Assembly: GCF_031769215.1 (NCBI RefSeq)
Contig: NW_026783060.1
Coordinates: 1 to 64,000, forward strand
Length of the DNA: 64,000 nucleotides
From: Ylistrum balloti
Lineage: Eukaryota
Reading direction: 5' to 3'
Shown: positions 47,541 to 62,272 of the stretch, in pieces
Numbering within the stretch: position 1 is the stretch's first letter
Layout of the letters: each line of letters begins with the position of its first letter
Notes under the pieces: generated by a model
Database searches by the model: none
What the model saw: only the letters and a program-made list of their open reading frames with translations
What the model was told of the DNA's origin: nothing
Position numbers and translations under genes: made by a program

Positions 47541-49349
47541 ATCATATTCATGATGTATCATATCAGGCAATATTGCACGCACCAAACAAAACAATCCAAA
47601 CAATTTTACAATGATTTAGAAGTCAACATTACACAAATGATACAGAAATTACACAATACAATCAATACTCTCATCATACAATACAATTATACATTGTTGT
47701 GATATACAGTATGCATTAAATCAAATATATTATTCTTTCACACAGCAAGATTGGATGGTTTTGACGACTCCGCATTAAAAGAATAAAGAAATACCAACAT
47801 GTCAACATTATCATAATCTAAACGTAAATTACAAAAAACAAAAAACAAAAAAAAACCTTATGCAAAATTTGAACGAAAGAAAGATCTACACGCAGACTCC
47901 TGTTATAGTACAAGGAGGCTAAGTATTGGTGTTCCGGAAGAGTAAATGTCTTCTGCTTTATCGATGACACCCGCCATGTAAATCTTGGCCAATCCAAATA
48001 AGTCATGTCACGTTTTCCAATGAGAACATGGTATACAACAACAGAACCAACAGGCAAACTAACGAGCATCTAACACGTCCAGTTTCATATCTCAACCAAC
48101 CTGTATCTTTTCGTAACCTCGGTTGTCAACTTCTTGCACGAAAATCGAATCAACTGCGAAATGTTAACACGATAGGTTGGAGACGCAGGGAAGTTTCTAT
48201 CCCAAAATGGAAAATTCACATCATGGCATCTACGATTCCACGTGCGTATTTCAAATACCCAGTATTTCACATATAAAGCTCGATTTTTGATCAAAGCATA
48301 TGATGGAAGTGTGTTTGTAAAGGTTCAGTAAACATGTATCTCGAGCACCAGATAAATGCATTAAAGTCCATCGGATAAGTGTCCAGTTTACACGACGCCA
48401 TCTTGATGTGTCCCCTCCGAACCGCGAACTCGACAGAGACTACTTCACAGGGATGGTTGACGTGAACTCAAAAATGGCTATAGATGAGTGTCATTAGAGT
48501 GTGCATTTTAGAAATATCGTTTTCGAAATATGATCTGCTGTTGAATGCAGCCAAGCACTTTTACACAGTCGTGATTTTATAATGATTTGGTAGAAACACT
48601 CTATATTTGTATTACAAGTTTAGAAAACGCTGTTTATGAATTCTCGTTGGAACGTTTAATTGGTAGGAGTTGGAGTTTATTTTGTCGAATCAGCAATTCA
48701 AAGGCGAAACTTAGAGTTTGGCGATGTTCTTTTATTCTTGAATGCATTAAATGCTGACGGTGAAACTCACGGGCGAGAATGTTGACGGAAGGGAGAGTTG
48801 ACTCACATATGAAAGTAGTCTGATAGTAATTGTTAACCAAAGAGACAACAATAGTTTCAGTTTCTTAATTGTACACCTGAGATCACCTGAACAAAAGCGG
48901 GTATGTAGATTACTTAATGAAGATCCAACAGAATCCCCGTTCAAGATATATCTTTCGGGGTACATCTTGGATCACTAAGAAATCAATTTGAATCTATTTT
49001 CCCCAACAACGTTCTCCACTAATGGATAAGGTATCCAGGGATGGCCGACGTACGAGGATAGAATGAGGAATAGCCTATTTTCTTTTCAAGATTGTCAGAT
49101 GATACACCATGCGAATATTTAGATCTATCTTATTTATGAACGCGTCAAAACTGCAGTGATATTTTGACAAGACTACCAGAAATCAGATTGTCCGTACCAT
49201 CACACACTCAGAATACTAACATGGAACGGACTTGGCGCACATTATTAGAATAAATCCAAACTGAAAGTTTATCCTCTTTAGGATAAAAACGACTTTCACA
49301 ATCATTAACACCAACTAATATAATAACTACTCTACTAGCGTTTTTGTCG

Positions 49350-50800
49350 CGGGATGATACCTCGATTGTCACCACTCTATTCTTTGCTGAGAGTCAATAA
49401 AATGCCACTGGAGAATATCCCAATTACTAGGAATACTTTCACGGTGGCCATGTCCAAAATTAACCCCCAAAAGTCTCATGGATCTGATAACATCCACCCA
49501 CTACCACGTGTAATTGCAAAAACAGACAACAAAATAAAAGGAATCCTTGCCATCATCTTCTCTAAATCACTTCAGGAAGGGAGACTAGCTAATTCATGCA
49601 ACAAGGCAAATGCTTGTTCTGTCTTCAAAAAGGGCCAAATGAATGGTTCTAGAGATTATCGGCCTCTTGGTTTAACTAACATTTGTGCCTCGTAAGATCA
49701 TTCAACCATGTGAACGACACGGATTTCGAATATGTCGCTGTTGTACCATTCAATGTCTGGAGTTCCTTGAACACTGGGTTACTGTCGTAATACATATGTT
49801 ATCTACTAAGACTTTAGTAAAGCCATCGCCAAAGTTCGTCAGACTTCTGTTATATACACAGTACGGAAGTAACGGTAAACTACTTAGTTCAAAACATCTT
49901 GACCTAGTATTGAACTGGAGGTCATTCTAAATGGTCACAGTTCGAATAGCTTGCCAGTAATATGTAGTGTCCCAAAAGGAAGCGTCTTATAACCAATGGA
50001 TTTCCTCATCTATGTGAACAACATAGCTGAAGCTATAACCTGCTTATAAAACTCTTTGTAGACGACACTTAAATACTGTATACTCGCGGGCAGCCATCTT
50101 TGCTAAAAGCAAACAAAACAACGCAGAAAAGACAACATTGTTAACTGGACCGGAAATCAGTGGATGAAGATGAACATCTGAAGGGTAAGCATAGGAAAGT
50201 TTCATTTAGAGTTATAACAACTTAGTAACCAGATTGAAGAAATTGGAAAAAGAAGCAAATCTGGTGTTGTGATTGGTGACAAACTAAATTTATCAGTAAA
50301 GTGAATTCTGCGGCATCAGACAAATAAGATACTGGGAGTAATATTCAAGACTTTCACTTGCGTAGATGCAGATTTCTTCGAAACTCTCTACAAAATTTTG
50401 GTGGGACCTCTTCTTGAGTATGCGACCGCTGTTTGGTCTCCATTCCAACAGAAGGATAAGACCATGATAGAAAATATACAAAGAAATGCCACAGAAATGG
50501 TATCATTTGTCGGAGCTACGTCCATTGGGGACACATACGCATGAGTATCGACGTTCTGATCTGATATAGAGATTACATGGTCAGTGTCTTAAGATATAGG
50601 CTATATTTTGGCGAAGATGAAGAAAGACAAAAGCTACAAGGGGGAAATGTCAACAAGCTGTAAAAAAAAAAAAAAAAAACATAAAAAAACAGTTTCGGCA
50701 TTAGAACTATGTTTTCAAATAGTTTTATAAACCTCTAGAACGGATGACGTGATAAGATTTAAACAAGCGTTGGAAGAATCGCAAGGACAAGTTCTCATTA
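49350..50800 (+). mobile_element. Decayed LINE RT (CR1/L2 group)
   Basis: KINPQKSHGSDNIHP..IIFSKSLQEG..FKKG..DYRPLGLTNIC, LNGHSS..SVPKGSVL, LFVDDT-like catalytic region; many stops and frameshifts. Confidence 0.85.
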
Positions 50801-52420
50801 TTGTCAGCTGAATGGTGTAGGGATAGTTTACTAAAATATCTCAGCCTCGAAATTTAAAGCATCCGTTAATAAAGGTTTGAAATAGCCATCAAGAGACTAA
50901 TAATCAATGGACCTCCAACCATTACATTGTCGTATTATAAACTGTGTGTTTTTTTAACACTCAGAAATTTTAAAGTTAGCTTTTGTATGGTTTCCATGCG
51001 AAGTAGAACATATCATGTTCTGATTTTCCATTTCCATTTGAATCCGTGTCCTACATACCGAAAGCCAACTGTGTGGATTTTTGTAAGAGCTTGGGTTATG
51101 AATTAGCTGTTTTAGAATTGCTGTGCCACTTGTCTATTCACCTAAAATTAGACAAAAACAGAACTTTCTAGTCGGCGTATTTAGTGGGATGCCTCATTAC
51201 ATGCCATCAAGACTTTCAATGAAATCGATTTTTTATCGAACCTTCATAATTTTGCAGTCGATATCAATACGTGAAAAAGGCAAGTATTCAAACAAAAAGT
51301 GAATTCTTATTAATTTGATACTGAATGTCATCGGAAATCTAGCTTCCCCAAAAATTCAAATGTTATATATATAATATGAAGATAACGCTGTATACTTATG
51401 CATGTCAAATGTTGCAGTATTCATTGAAATAATTTGATGTCAATAATTTTGCTACGACGAAAGTAGATGTCAATGGAGGGGACAATATCTTGAATTTCTA
51501 TGGAAATGTCCCCTCTGTTGAACACCACTTTCAATTTTGAACCAGAATTACGATATTTAATGTATGAAGAAGATACGAAATGTACTCAAATGCTTAATAT
51601 TTTTATACACCTTTCAGTATAATATATGTAACGTTGGAACACTTGTAATAAAGCAAATAATCGTTACACCCTACCTACTCGACATCATCTTGGGATTAAT
51701 ATCCCTAAATGAAGCCTGTTGGTACATTTCACAAGCAATATACCGCTTGACTAGAGAGAACTTCTCTTAAGCTCAATCTGCTAAGTGTTAGAATGGTAAA
51801 CCGGAAGTCATGACTTCGAACCATAGCGGAGACATTCGAGTAAATAATGACCTCTGTTACACATAGGTGATGATGTTCACGATTTCTTTTATAAGATATC
51901 CATTGTAGAAAATTTTGCAATAATTCACGGTGATGATAAAACTCGGCGCCATAATATCGTTACTGTCGTACAATGTGCTTCGTCAAAGCCTTATTAAATT
52001 GTTCTTTGCGGTCTAAGTACACGGCAGTGATATTTTTCATACAAATCAGTAAAACTGATATGTTTCCTACTAATTTTATAGCTGTATTAGAAATAAAACA
52101 GGCAGTGACTTGTACACTTTATGATAACTACGTGTGTGTTGATTTCACGCTTTATGATAACTACGTGTGTGTTGATTTCACGCTTTATGACTTTTGCATG
52201 ATTTTTCGCGATTTAACTTCACTCACAACGTATAAAATTACAGGAAACTAATTGAATTCGAAATCAAGTGGGACAGACATTAAATATCTCCAGCGATGTG
52301 TTGTTTTAATTCAATTCTAGGATTACACGGAATGATAACCAGAACGGAAGTTTTTGACAAAAACGTGAGTTATTGAAGAGAGCAAAGTAAAATTGTTTGA
52401 AGGTAATTATTGAAACAGAT

Positions 52421-55192
52421 ATGGATACTTTTTGTTTTTACAAATTTAGTTTGCTTCTTTTCAACTTATTTTACGTAACATCAGGATTGTATCCAGACTG
52501 GAACATGGATATTTTTTCCGGATTTCGTCAGTGGTGCCTTGCGAGGTATTTGTCATGTAAAAGTCCTAACAATATCCTTTGTCGCTGTGACAGCTTATGT
52601 TTATATTACGACGATTGCTGTTTTGATGCAAACGAAATATTGAAAAAAAGAGACGAGGTTGAGAAGTCTCGAATTCCTTTCCTCGCGGAGACCACTTGTG
52701 AACCCATATTTTCTAAGAACATTTCAAACCCATTAGGTGCTTTCATGGTGTCATCTTGTCCAGCATCATGGGAAGGAGACAATGTTGTAAAGTATCAATG
52801 TGAAATTAACACCGACGTAGACCTCCACGGCCTGATACCAGTGTTTGATATCAGTACCAATGTAACGTTCAAGAATCGACATTGTGCGTTATGTCACGAT
52901 AAACACAATTGGATTCCATGGTTGTTGAATGTAACTTGCTTCAACAATCTCAATTATTATGACTTTGAACTTTCAACATCACCAAAAGATGCAGTTATGC
53001 AAAGATTGAATAGCAGAGCCTGCGATTACCAATTTGAACCATCAAAACATATCGTTATTCGGTATTGTCACCGTGGATTATGGTATCTGTTGTGGAACGT
53101 TTTGAAAACAGTGAACAACACATCTTGTGAAAATCGCGTCTTAAGTCCTTTTTGGTTTAAATTCCCGGCGGAAAACAAAATCTTCAGGAATTTACAATGC
53201 TTGATGAACGACAGCCTCTTCTCTCCATTCTCCCTAAAGCAAGATTCATTTATATGTTTTGATTTAGACATATCGGGGAGAGCAACAAACAGAAACTCAA
53301 TCAGTAGTCTAATAGATGTTTCATCTTTGTTCTATTCATCTGCAAGAAAGATGCAATGTGATGAAAATGAAATACTTCTCTCTAATGAGGTAAGAGCTCT
53401 CTATTCTTAATACAAACGTAAAACTTCATTTTCAATATGAAATTGATATTTTAAGGAGATGACATTAACTTTTTAAAACTAATAATCTAGTTTACAAGGT
53501 TATAACAATATAAATTACATTCACTGTCCTTCAAAAACTGTCATGTACAAGTATCAAATGTTATTATCCATAGCTTCTGTCGGATCGGGTTCTTTATGGT
53601 AAGTTAACGAAAGTCATGATTGTAGTTGTAACGGTCTGTAGGAAACGAAACTTACATATTTTTTTCTGTATTAGATTGGCTGTCAAACCCTGTTCTGTCC
53701 TACTGACATGGAACCATCAGGTGGTAGATGCAACGCCCTTGAATACAACACGAAAGGAATCGCATTGGATCTTTTATTTGAATCTAACTTCGTTGTCAGG
53801 CCTGATGAAATGTTCAATGAATTTATTGGAAACATTTTTGCATTGTTAAAAAATGTCATCAATAGTACATATACTTCACATTCCGACTTTATCTTTTTAG
53901 CGCGCGAAACGACATTCATAAAAGGATATCACGTGACATCTTTGAAACCTTGTTCCGTCTTTCACGTTCATCATTTTCTTCGGGAAATCAACATAAGTAA
54001 GGTTTCTGGTGACTTTAAAAAGGCTGTGGTAATCAATTTGATCAAAAACTATCGACAAAATTTATCCAATAGTGCTTTTATACAACATATAGATGCCGTC
54101 TCGGAATGTTTTTGTGAATGCAATATCTCATTCAGAAATCCGTTGTATGTCGTTGATGATTTTCCACAGATTGCTTCTCCACCATGCCCGGCAGTTAAGG
54201 TACATCCGCAAGATAATAACTCGGAATATAATCATTCAGATTTCAAATTTCTTGATAAAAGAACATATCAACATTACTTTTACTTAAATGAAACGATAAT
54301 CAAATCTGAAGATGTTTTCTTCAAGGCTGGAAATCATTTTCTTTGTATAGATACTTTTTTATCAAAGTATCAAAATGACAATTATACCGATGAAAGCATT
54401 GTATATTATAGATATATTGTCAATACGATATGTACATGTTTATCAATTATATCACTGGTCTACTCACTAGTCCAGTATTGCAGTATTCCTTTTCTTCGAC
54501 AGGGAAAGTTGGAGCTGTTGTTTGTTTTAATGTTCTACTTGTTGTTTTCACAAAGCATTTTCTTAATAATTTCTCAGATCAAAGTTGCGAGGGCATTGTG
54601 TGAATGGATCGGCGTTTTGCATCATTTTGCTTGGGTTGGTACATTTATTTTTATGTTTATTTGTTCTTTCCGTTTTAACTTAGAAATCAGAAGTCTTAAA
54701 GCTATAAATAGATCGGAAAGAATTTGGGAAACTTCAAAATATTGTTGTGTTGGTTTCATATTAAACATTTCTATTGTTTTAGGCACAAAACTATTAAATG
54801 TACTTTTATCACCAACGAAAACATGGTATGGGGGAAAGATTTGTTTCATTTCACATACCTATGTTTTATTTCTGTCTTTCATAATCCCAATTTCGATTTT
54901 TCTGTGCGGTAATATTATATTGTTTATTTTGATTATTCATTATATAAAAATTACATCAATATCTAGCAGCACTGACGCTAACAAAAACTTCATATTTTTG
55001 TTAATCAAGATTTCCTCGATGATGGGGTTAAGCTGGATAGTCAGTATCTTTGCTATGTTTGTTCGGTCAGAAACTCTGTTGATATTGTTTGAAAACATTT
55101 CAAGTTTACAAGGAATGTTTGTTTCTCTTAGTTTTTCGTGTAATAATCGTGTTTATAAATTTTACCGCTACTTTTTTTCCAAAACAAAATAA
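52421..55192 (+). CDS. Family-B/Methuselah-like (adhesion-type) GPCR with long Cys-rich ectodomain, 828 aa; exons 52421-53389 and 53675-55192
   Basis: Signal peptide MDTFCFYKFSLLLFNLFYVTSG and SMB-like CRCDSLCLYYDDCC. Phase-0 intron GAG|gtaaga...ttag|ATT keeps the frame. Seven hydrophobic helices with CEWIGVLHHF (TM3), KICF (ECL2), MGLSW (TM6) and SSLQGMF (TM7). Confidence 0.9.
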
Positions 55193-56349
55193 ATATTTCT
55201 CGAGGTATAAAAAGGCAAGCGAAACAAAGGCGGGTTCTATGTAAACACAAGTAAATAATAAGTAACAAAAATGCCTAGAATCATAAAGAATGTAAATTGA
55301 ATCAGTTTTCTTATATTTATGCTTAATATCATATCAGTTCAACAATGATGAATAGCCTGGCTAAACCAACAAGGTACAGGAGCATGCATATACGTGCTCA
55401 ACAGGTAAGAACGATTTCGTTACTTTCGCAGGTCATGAAATAAGAAAATGAAACAAAAATAAGTGTCATGACTATAATGTAAATTGGTAACCGGATGCAT
55501 TTTCAACAATTACAACATTAACTACAGGAATGAAGTAATTGACACAATAAAACAAAGACAGAAAACGGGAAGGGGACAAGGATTGGTATGCAGTGGAAGC
55601 CGGGAATGTTATATCAATACACTATATTTAATGAGTATGTGGAACACGAATCGATATGATATCTTGTAAGCGTACTTATCTTGGCGCACTCCAGTTTAGC
55701 GGAGACCGAATTTACACAGATAGGCAAATTAAAGCATCGCAATACTTGCTGCAGAAGGCAAAATACAGAAACTGGATGAGCGCAAGTAAAATTCAGCGGA
55801 AGGTGTTGAGCTCGAAAACCACTAAAATAAGATTACCGCCAGAATATGTACGTTTACTGTAACTATGATTGTCGATGAAATAATCAACAAAGCTGTAAAT
55901 AGACTCTTGAAGTATTTCAAAAATATATAATCAAACTTACGTATCATATAGTATCTCTGAAAGAATGTACCGCTATGACTAATAAAAACATTATTATTAA
56001 AACAAACGTTGCAGTTCAAATGCTAGCCATCATAATTCCAACTTAAGTTCCATAAAATATTTTCTCGCCTCGTCCCTGGCGCTTTTTGCACTTTTAAGAA
56101 AACAATTGACTTAAACAATTCATCATAGCCATGTAGTGTTTTCTTGATGGGTTAGAGAATCATCACTAAAGAGATTCTTAGATACTTGATGCTGCAAACG
56201 AAGAATATGAACATGTCTAAGTGTATTGTATATCTGTTACATTTTCAATGGCACCGCATCAAGAAGTCGGGGACGGTATCTATTGTGTAGAATACAAACG
56301 TTCATTTAGGGAGCTTCATGACATCAAGAGTCTTGATAGATTTGAACCA

Positions 56350-58150
56350 GACAGGATCCTTGGAAGTAGTATGAAGGTGGGCATGGTTTACAATTCGATT
56401 TAAAAGTTAAAACATGTAAAGGAAGAGAATTGTTTACATGGTAGAAATGCATTAGGTATGATACATGATGGGGCAGAAAGTTTGGTATTGTAACTATTAA
56501 CATCAGTAACTGAATTAAGTAAGAGATTAAACAGATACTTTGGTAAAACATATTTGATGGAATTGTAACATTTTATTATGATGTCTACAGTCTATTTATT
56601 TATTTGTTCTATCCAACCCCTTTGTATAGTTTATCTAAGCTTGTAAGTTTATTGGTACCTTGTACAATCCTAGCAGCTTCCAAATTGACATTCTCTAGTT
56701 TGAAAATATTTTCTTTTGCTATCTATTCTACAAGTGGTCGTATAAACGAAAAGTATATGGTTTGTAATATTAACCTGTCGATTTTCAGTCTTCAAGTTTA
56801 CATATCTAACCTAGACATTGTTTCCTGAATAATGAATTAAACCAGCTACAATTGTTCGAAAAAAGAACTGTTGAGTGTATATGTAAAAGGACCTCTAATA
56901 TTTTTATTGCACATATGTAAAATCGGATGGAATTAGCTGTTTTTCTTTCTAAGAGTCATGCTTCCGTGTTTTAGGATTGAAATTGGTTAACCAGGATTTG
57001 GATTATTCCGTATTTTTGTAGATGTGACATCATAATATTATTTGCTTCAGTTATCATGTACTATGTAATGTCATCAGCATGACAATACCATTAATATAGA
57101 TTAAAAAGGTCTTACTGAACGCGAGGAACTCCAGTCTTAATTTCAGTCCAATCAGAATGAATATTATTGATTATAATTCCTTGTTTCTTGTTCGTAATGT
57201 AACTTTCCCAATATTATAGGAGCGATCATGATTTACGATAATCTGTGCAACAGTCCGTAAAGCCAACCCCTATCGATTGCTTTGCTGATGTCACAAAATA
57301 TTACTTATTTCTTTGCTAGAACCTAATGCCAGAATGAAATCCTCGGAAATAATTAGTGATTTATTGATGGAGGAATCACCTGGTGTAAAACCTGATGGAT
57401 TATTTGTTATTACTTTCAAATCAGAGAGAAAATTACGTTTATAAAGGCACTTTTCGAACACTTTATACGTCAACGTGAACTTGGTCGATAGTTTTTCACA
57501 TTATTATAGCTCTTTTATATAGTGGTAACACATTTGCTTCCTTCCACGAAAATGGAAATATTCCGTATAGTAAGGAATTGTTATGAAAAATATGTAATGG
57601 CTCAGCTAATGATGTTGTGGTTCCTTGAGCACTATGGGACTAAGACTATCTGGTCCTAAAGCTTTATCAGTTTTCAAATCAGTACATGATACATTTATAT
57701 TACCCAAACACATACGATTAGGGGTTTCCACAGTGGATTGACAGGGAAAATATCAATTAACATATAGGTTGATTAACACCAGTTTCGGAATATCCATTAT
57801 CATGAAAAGTGGTAGGAATTTCTCCACATTTCCCAGACTTATCTATGAAGAAGTTTACAGTTTTGTATTAAAATAAATCAACCAGAACTCCCGTTTAATT
57901 CTTTATTTTTTCAAACATGATTGATTCTTTTGAAAATATGTAATTGAAATCAAACTGTATGGTCTAGAAAAGGATATTTCTATTTTATGTTCTCGGTATG
58001 TATATTATAATAATTAAATTTAAAACTGAAACAATTTTGATGCTTACAGTTTTTCGTGATGAAATTGAAATGTACAGGAATGCCGATAGAAAAAAATGTT
58101 ATCACGGAAATACATAATTTTGTCATGTTACTGAGCAACGAGATCGGACG
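56350..58150 (-). mobile_element. Highly decayed CR1-group LINE RT fragments
   Basis: RPISLLSNMTKL (~58100), KVFEKCLYKR..SGFTPGDSSIN (57291-57473), SDWTEIKTGVP (~57130), LENVNLEAARIVQGTNKL (~56680). Confidence 0.75.
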
Positions 58151-58324
58151 GAGGTTAATTATTTTTAAACATAAAAAAAAGTTCATTGATGTTTATATAC
58201 TTGCTCATATTGATGACTATTGTGTGGTTAGATAATATTTAATACATATTAACATCTCGTTGTTGTTTATTAGAATAAACACTAGAGAATACTCATCGGA
58301 AATGTAAATATAGCTTGTAAAGTT

Positions 58325-59535
58325 ATCGCTTGAAATTGTAACATAACAAGCTGTCGTCAATTTTATGTTTACGGGTGATTTAATTAAATGTTTACTGAAA
58401 GTTGTAATAAAGCAAGTTGTTGTAAGTTTTCTTATCTTTACGTTTGATATAATGTTCGCTTGAAATTGTAACATAACAAGCTGTCGTCAATTTTATGTTT
58501 ACGGGTGATTTAATTAAATGTTTACTGAAAGTTGTAATAAAGCAAGTTGTTGTAAGTTTTCTTATCTTTACGTTTGATATAATGTTCGCTTGAAGTTGTA
58601 ACATAACAAGCTGTCGTAAATTTTATGTTTACGGGTGATTTAATTAAATGTTTACTGAAAGTTGTAATAAAGCAAGTTGTTGTAAGTTTTCTTATCTTTA
58701 CGTTTGATATAATGTTCGCTTGAAATTGTAACATAACAAGCTGTCGTAAATTTTATGTTTACGGGTGATTTAATTAAATGTTTACTGAAAGTTGTAATAA
58801 AGCAAGTTGTTGTAAGTTTTCTTATCTTTACGTTTGATATAATGTTCGCTTGAAGTTGTAACATAACAAGCTGTCGTAAATTTTATGTTTACGGGTGATT
58901 TAATTAAATGTTTACTGAAAGTTGTAATAAAGCAAGTTGTTGTAAGTTTTCTTATCTTTACGTTTGATATAATGTTCGCTTGAAATTGTAACATAACAAG
59001 CTGTCGTAAATTTTATGTTTACGGGTGATTTAATTAAATGTTTACTGAAAGTTGTAATAAAGCAAGTTGTTGTAAGTTTTCTTATCTTTACGTTTGATAT
59101 AATGTTCGCTTGAAATTGTAACATAACAAGCTGTCGTAAATTTTATGTTTACGGGTGATTTAATTAAATGTTTACTGAAAGTTGTAATAAAGCAAGTTGT
59201 TGTAAGTTTTCTTATCTTTACGTTTGATATAATGTTCGCTTGAAGTTGTAACATAACAAGCTGTCGTAAATTTTATGTTTACGGGTGATTTAATTAAATG
59301 TTTACTGAAAGTTGTAATAAAGCAAGTTGTTGTAAGTTTTCTTATCTTTACGTTTGATATAATGTTCGCTTGAAATTGTAACATAACAAGCTGTCGTAAA
59401 TTTTATGTTTACGGGTGATTTAATTAAATGTTTACTGAAAGTTGTAATAAAGCAAGTTGTTGTAAGTTTTCTTATCTTTACGTTTGATATAATGTTCGCT
59501 TGAAATTGTAACATAACAAGTTGTAGTCAATTTTA
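58325..59535. repeat. 130-bp satellite array, ~9 near-identical units
   Basis: ORF track repeats at exact 130-nt offsets; each unit has two related ~65-bp halves. Confidence 0.97.
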
Positions 59536-60084
59536 TGATAATTACATGTGATTTGTAGTGAATTTGATGGTTTTGGTACATAATCTGTTCATTTCAAATT
59601 GTAATACAATTTAAACTGTATTAAAACTTGCAGAGCGTTTTATGATTACTAAGTGTGATTTGATTTATTGTTTTATAGTACATCAAATGTTGTATAATCA
59701 CAAGTTGCCATAGTATAATTACCGATGATTTTGACTTACAGCACATAAAAATGTTCACTAGAAATTTTAATATTACAAATCGTAAGACATTTTATAACTA
59801 TGTGTTATTTAAAGTACAAAGAATGTTCACTAGAAACCGTAATATCAAAAATCGTAAGACTTTTTATGATGATTACGGTTTGATGCTATATGAGTTTTGT
59901 TACACATCATTACAGTGAAACAAATTTTATTAAATGCCAAGTCTATGACAAAACGGCATGCCGGCATGGGAACTTAGATAATACATTAGACGACATATTA
60001 AGAAATACTTGATAGTAAGTACATCGAATTGAAGAAACATCCCATGTGACTATTTGGTGTATCGGATCAGATTAAGAATCTAAT

Positions 60085-62272
60085 CAGAAGGAAACAAAGG
60101 GATGGTATACCTTTAGGGAATCAGTAGTAGGAACAAAGAGATGGGATACCTTTAGGAAATTATTGGTAGGAACAAAGGGATGGTATACCTTTAGGAAATT
60201 ATTGGTAGGAACAAAGGGATGGGATACCTTTAGGGAATTATTTGTAGGAACAAAGGGATGGTATACCTTTAAGGAATTATTGGTAGGAACAAAGGGATGG
60301 GATACCTTTAGGGAATTAATGCTCGGAACAAAGGGATGGGATACCTTTAGGGAATTATTTGTAGGAACAAACGGATTGTATACCTTTAGGGAATTATTTG
60401 TAGGAACAAACGGATTGTATACCTTTAGGAAATTAATGGTAGGAACAAAGGGATGGTATACATTTAGGGAATTAGTGGTAAGAACAAAATGATGGGATAC
60501 CTTTAAGGAATTATTGGTAGGAACAAAGGGATGGTATACCTTTATGGAATTAGTGGTAGGAACAAAGGGATGGTATACCTTTAGGGAATTAGTGGTAGGA
60601 ACAAAATGATGGGATACCTTTATGGAATTAGTGGTAGGAACAAAGGGATGGGATACCTCTAGGGAATTATTGGTAGGAACAAAGGGATGGGATACCTTTA
60701 GGGAATTAGTGGTAGGAACAAAGGGATGGGATACCTTTAGGGAATTAGTGGTAGGAACAAAGGGATGGTATACATTTTGGGAATTAGTGGTAAGAACAAA
60801 ATGATGGGATACCTTTAAGGAATTATTGGTAGGAACAAAGGGATGGTATACATTTAGGGAATTAGTGGTAAGAACAAAATGATGGTATACCGTTAGGGAA
60901 TTAATGGTAGGAACAAAGGGATGGTATACATTTAGGGAATTAGTGGTAGGAACAAAATGATGGGATAACTTTAAGGAATTATTGGTAGGAACATAGGGAT
61001 GGTATACATTTAGGGAATTAGTGGTAGGAACAAAATGATGGGATAACTTTAAGGAATTATTGGTAGGAACAAAGGGATGGTATACATTTAGGGAATTAGT
61101 GGTAGGAACAAAGGGATGGTATACCTTTAGGGAATTAGTGGTAAGAACAAAATGATGGGATACCTTTAAGGAATTATTGGTAGGAACAAAGGGATGGTAT
61201 ACATTTAGGGAATTATTGGTAGGAACAAAGGGATGGTATACATTTAGGGAGTTAGTGGTAGGAACAAAGGGATGGGATACCTTTAAGGAATTATTGGTAG
61301 GAACAAAGGGATGGGATACCTTTAGGGAATTATTGGTAGGAACAAAGGGATGGGATACCTTTAGGGAATTATTTGTAGGAACAAACGGATTGTATACCTT
61401 TAGGGAATTAATGGTCGGAACAAAGGGATGCGATACCTTTAGGGAATTAGTGGAAGGAACAAAGGGATGGGATACCTTTAGGGAATTAGTGGTAGGAACA
61501 AAGGGATGGGATACCTTTAGGGAATTAATGGTAGGAACAAAGGGATGCGATACCTTTAGGGAATTATTGGTAGGAACAAAGGGATGGTATACATTTAGGG
61601 AATTAGTGGTAGGAACAAAGGGATGGGATACCTTTAGGGAATTAGTGGTAGGAACAAAGGGATGCGATACCTTTAGGGAATTAATGGTCGGAACAAAGGG
61701 ATGCGATACCTTTAGGGAATTAATGGTCGGAACAAAGGGATGCGATACCTTTAGGGAATTAGTGGTAGGAACAAAGGGATTGGGTACTATAGGGAATTAA
61801 TGGTAGGAACAAAGGGATGGGATACATTTAGGGAATTAGTGGTAGGAACAAAGGGATGGGATACCTTTAGGGAATTAATGGTCGGAACAAAGGGATGGGA
61901 TACCTTTAGGGAATTAGTGGTAGGAACAAAGGGATGGGATACCTTTAGGGAATTAATGGTCGGAACAAAGGGATGGGATACCTTTAGGGAATTAGTGGTA
62001 GGAACAAAGGGATTGGGTACCTTTAGGGAATTAATGGTCGGAACAAAGGGATGGGATACCTTTAGGGAATTAGTGGTAGGAACAAAGGGATGGGATACCT
62101 TTAGGGAATTAGTGGTAGGAACAAAGGGATTGGATACCTATAGGAAATTAATGGTAGGAACAAAGGGATGGGATACCTCTAGGGAATTATTGGTAGGAAC
62201 AAAGGGATTGGATACCTTTAGGGAATTAATGGTTGGAACAAAGGGAAGGGATACCTCTAGGGAATTAGCGGT
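60085..62272. repeat. 39-bp minisatellite, ~56 units (GGTAGGAACAAAGGGATGGGATACCTTTAGGGAATTAGT)
   Basis: Directly visible; yields repetitive VVGTKGWDTFREL ORFs. Confidence 0.98.

Noticed and set aside
50662-50690. A-run as a LINE poly(A) tail
   Set aside because: LINE-like coding remnants continue past it, so it is an internal A expansion.
58217-59514. Nine near-identical 70-aa ORFs
   Set aside because: Artefacts of the 130-bp satellite, non-ATG starts.
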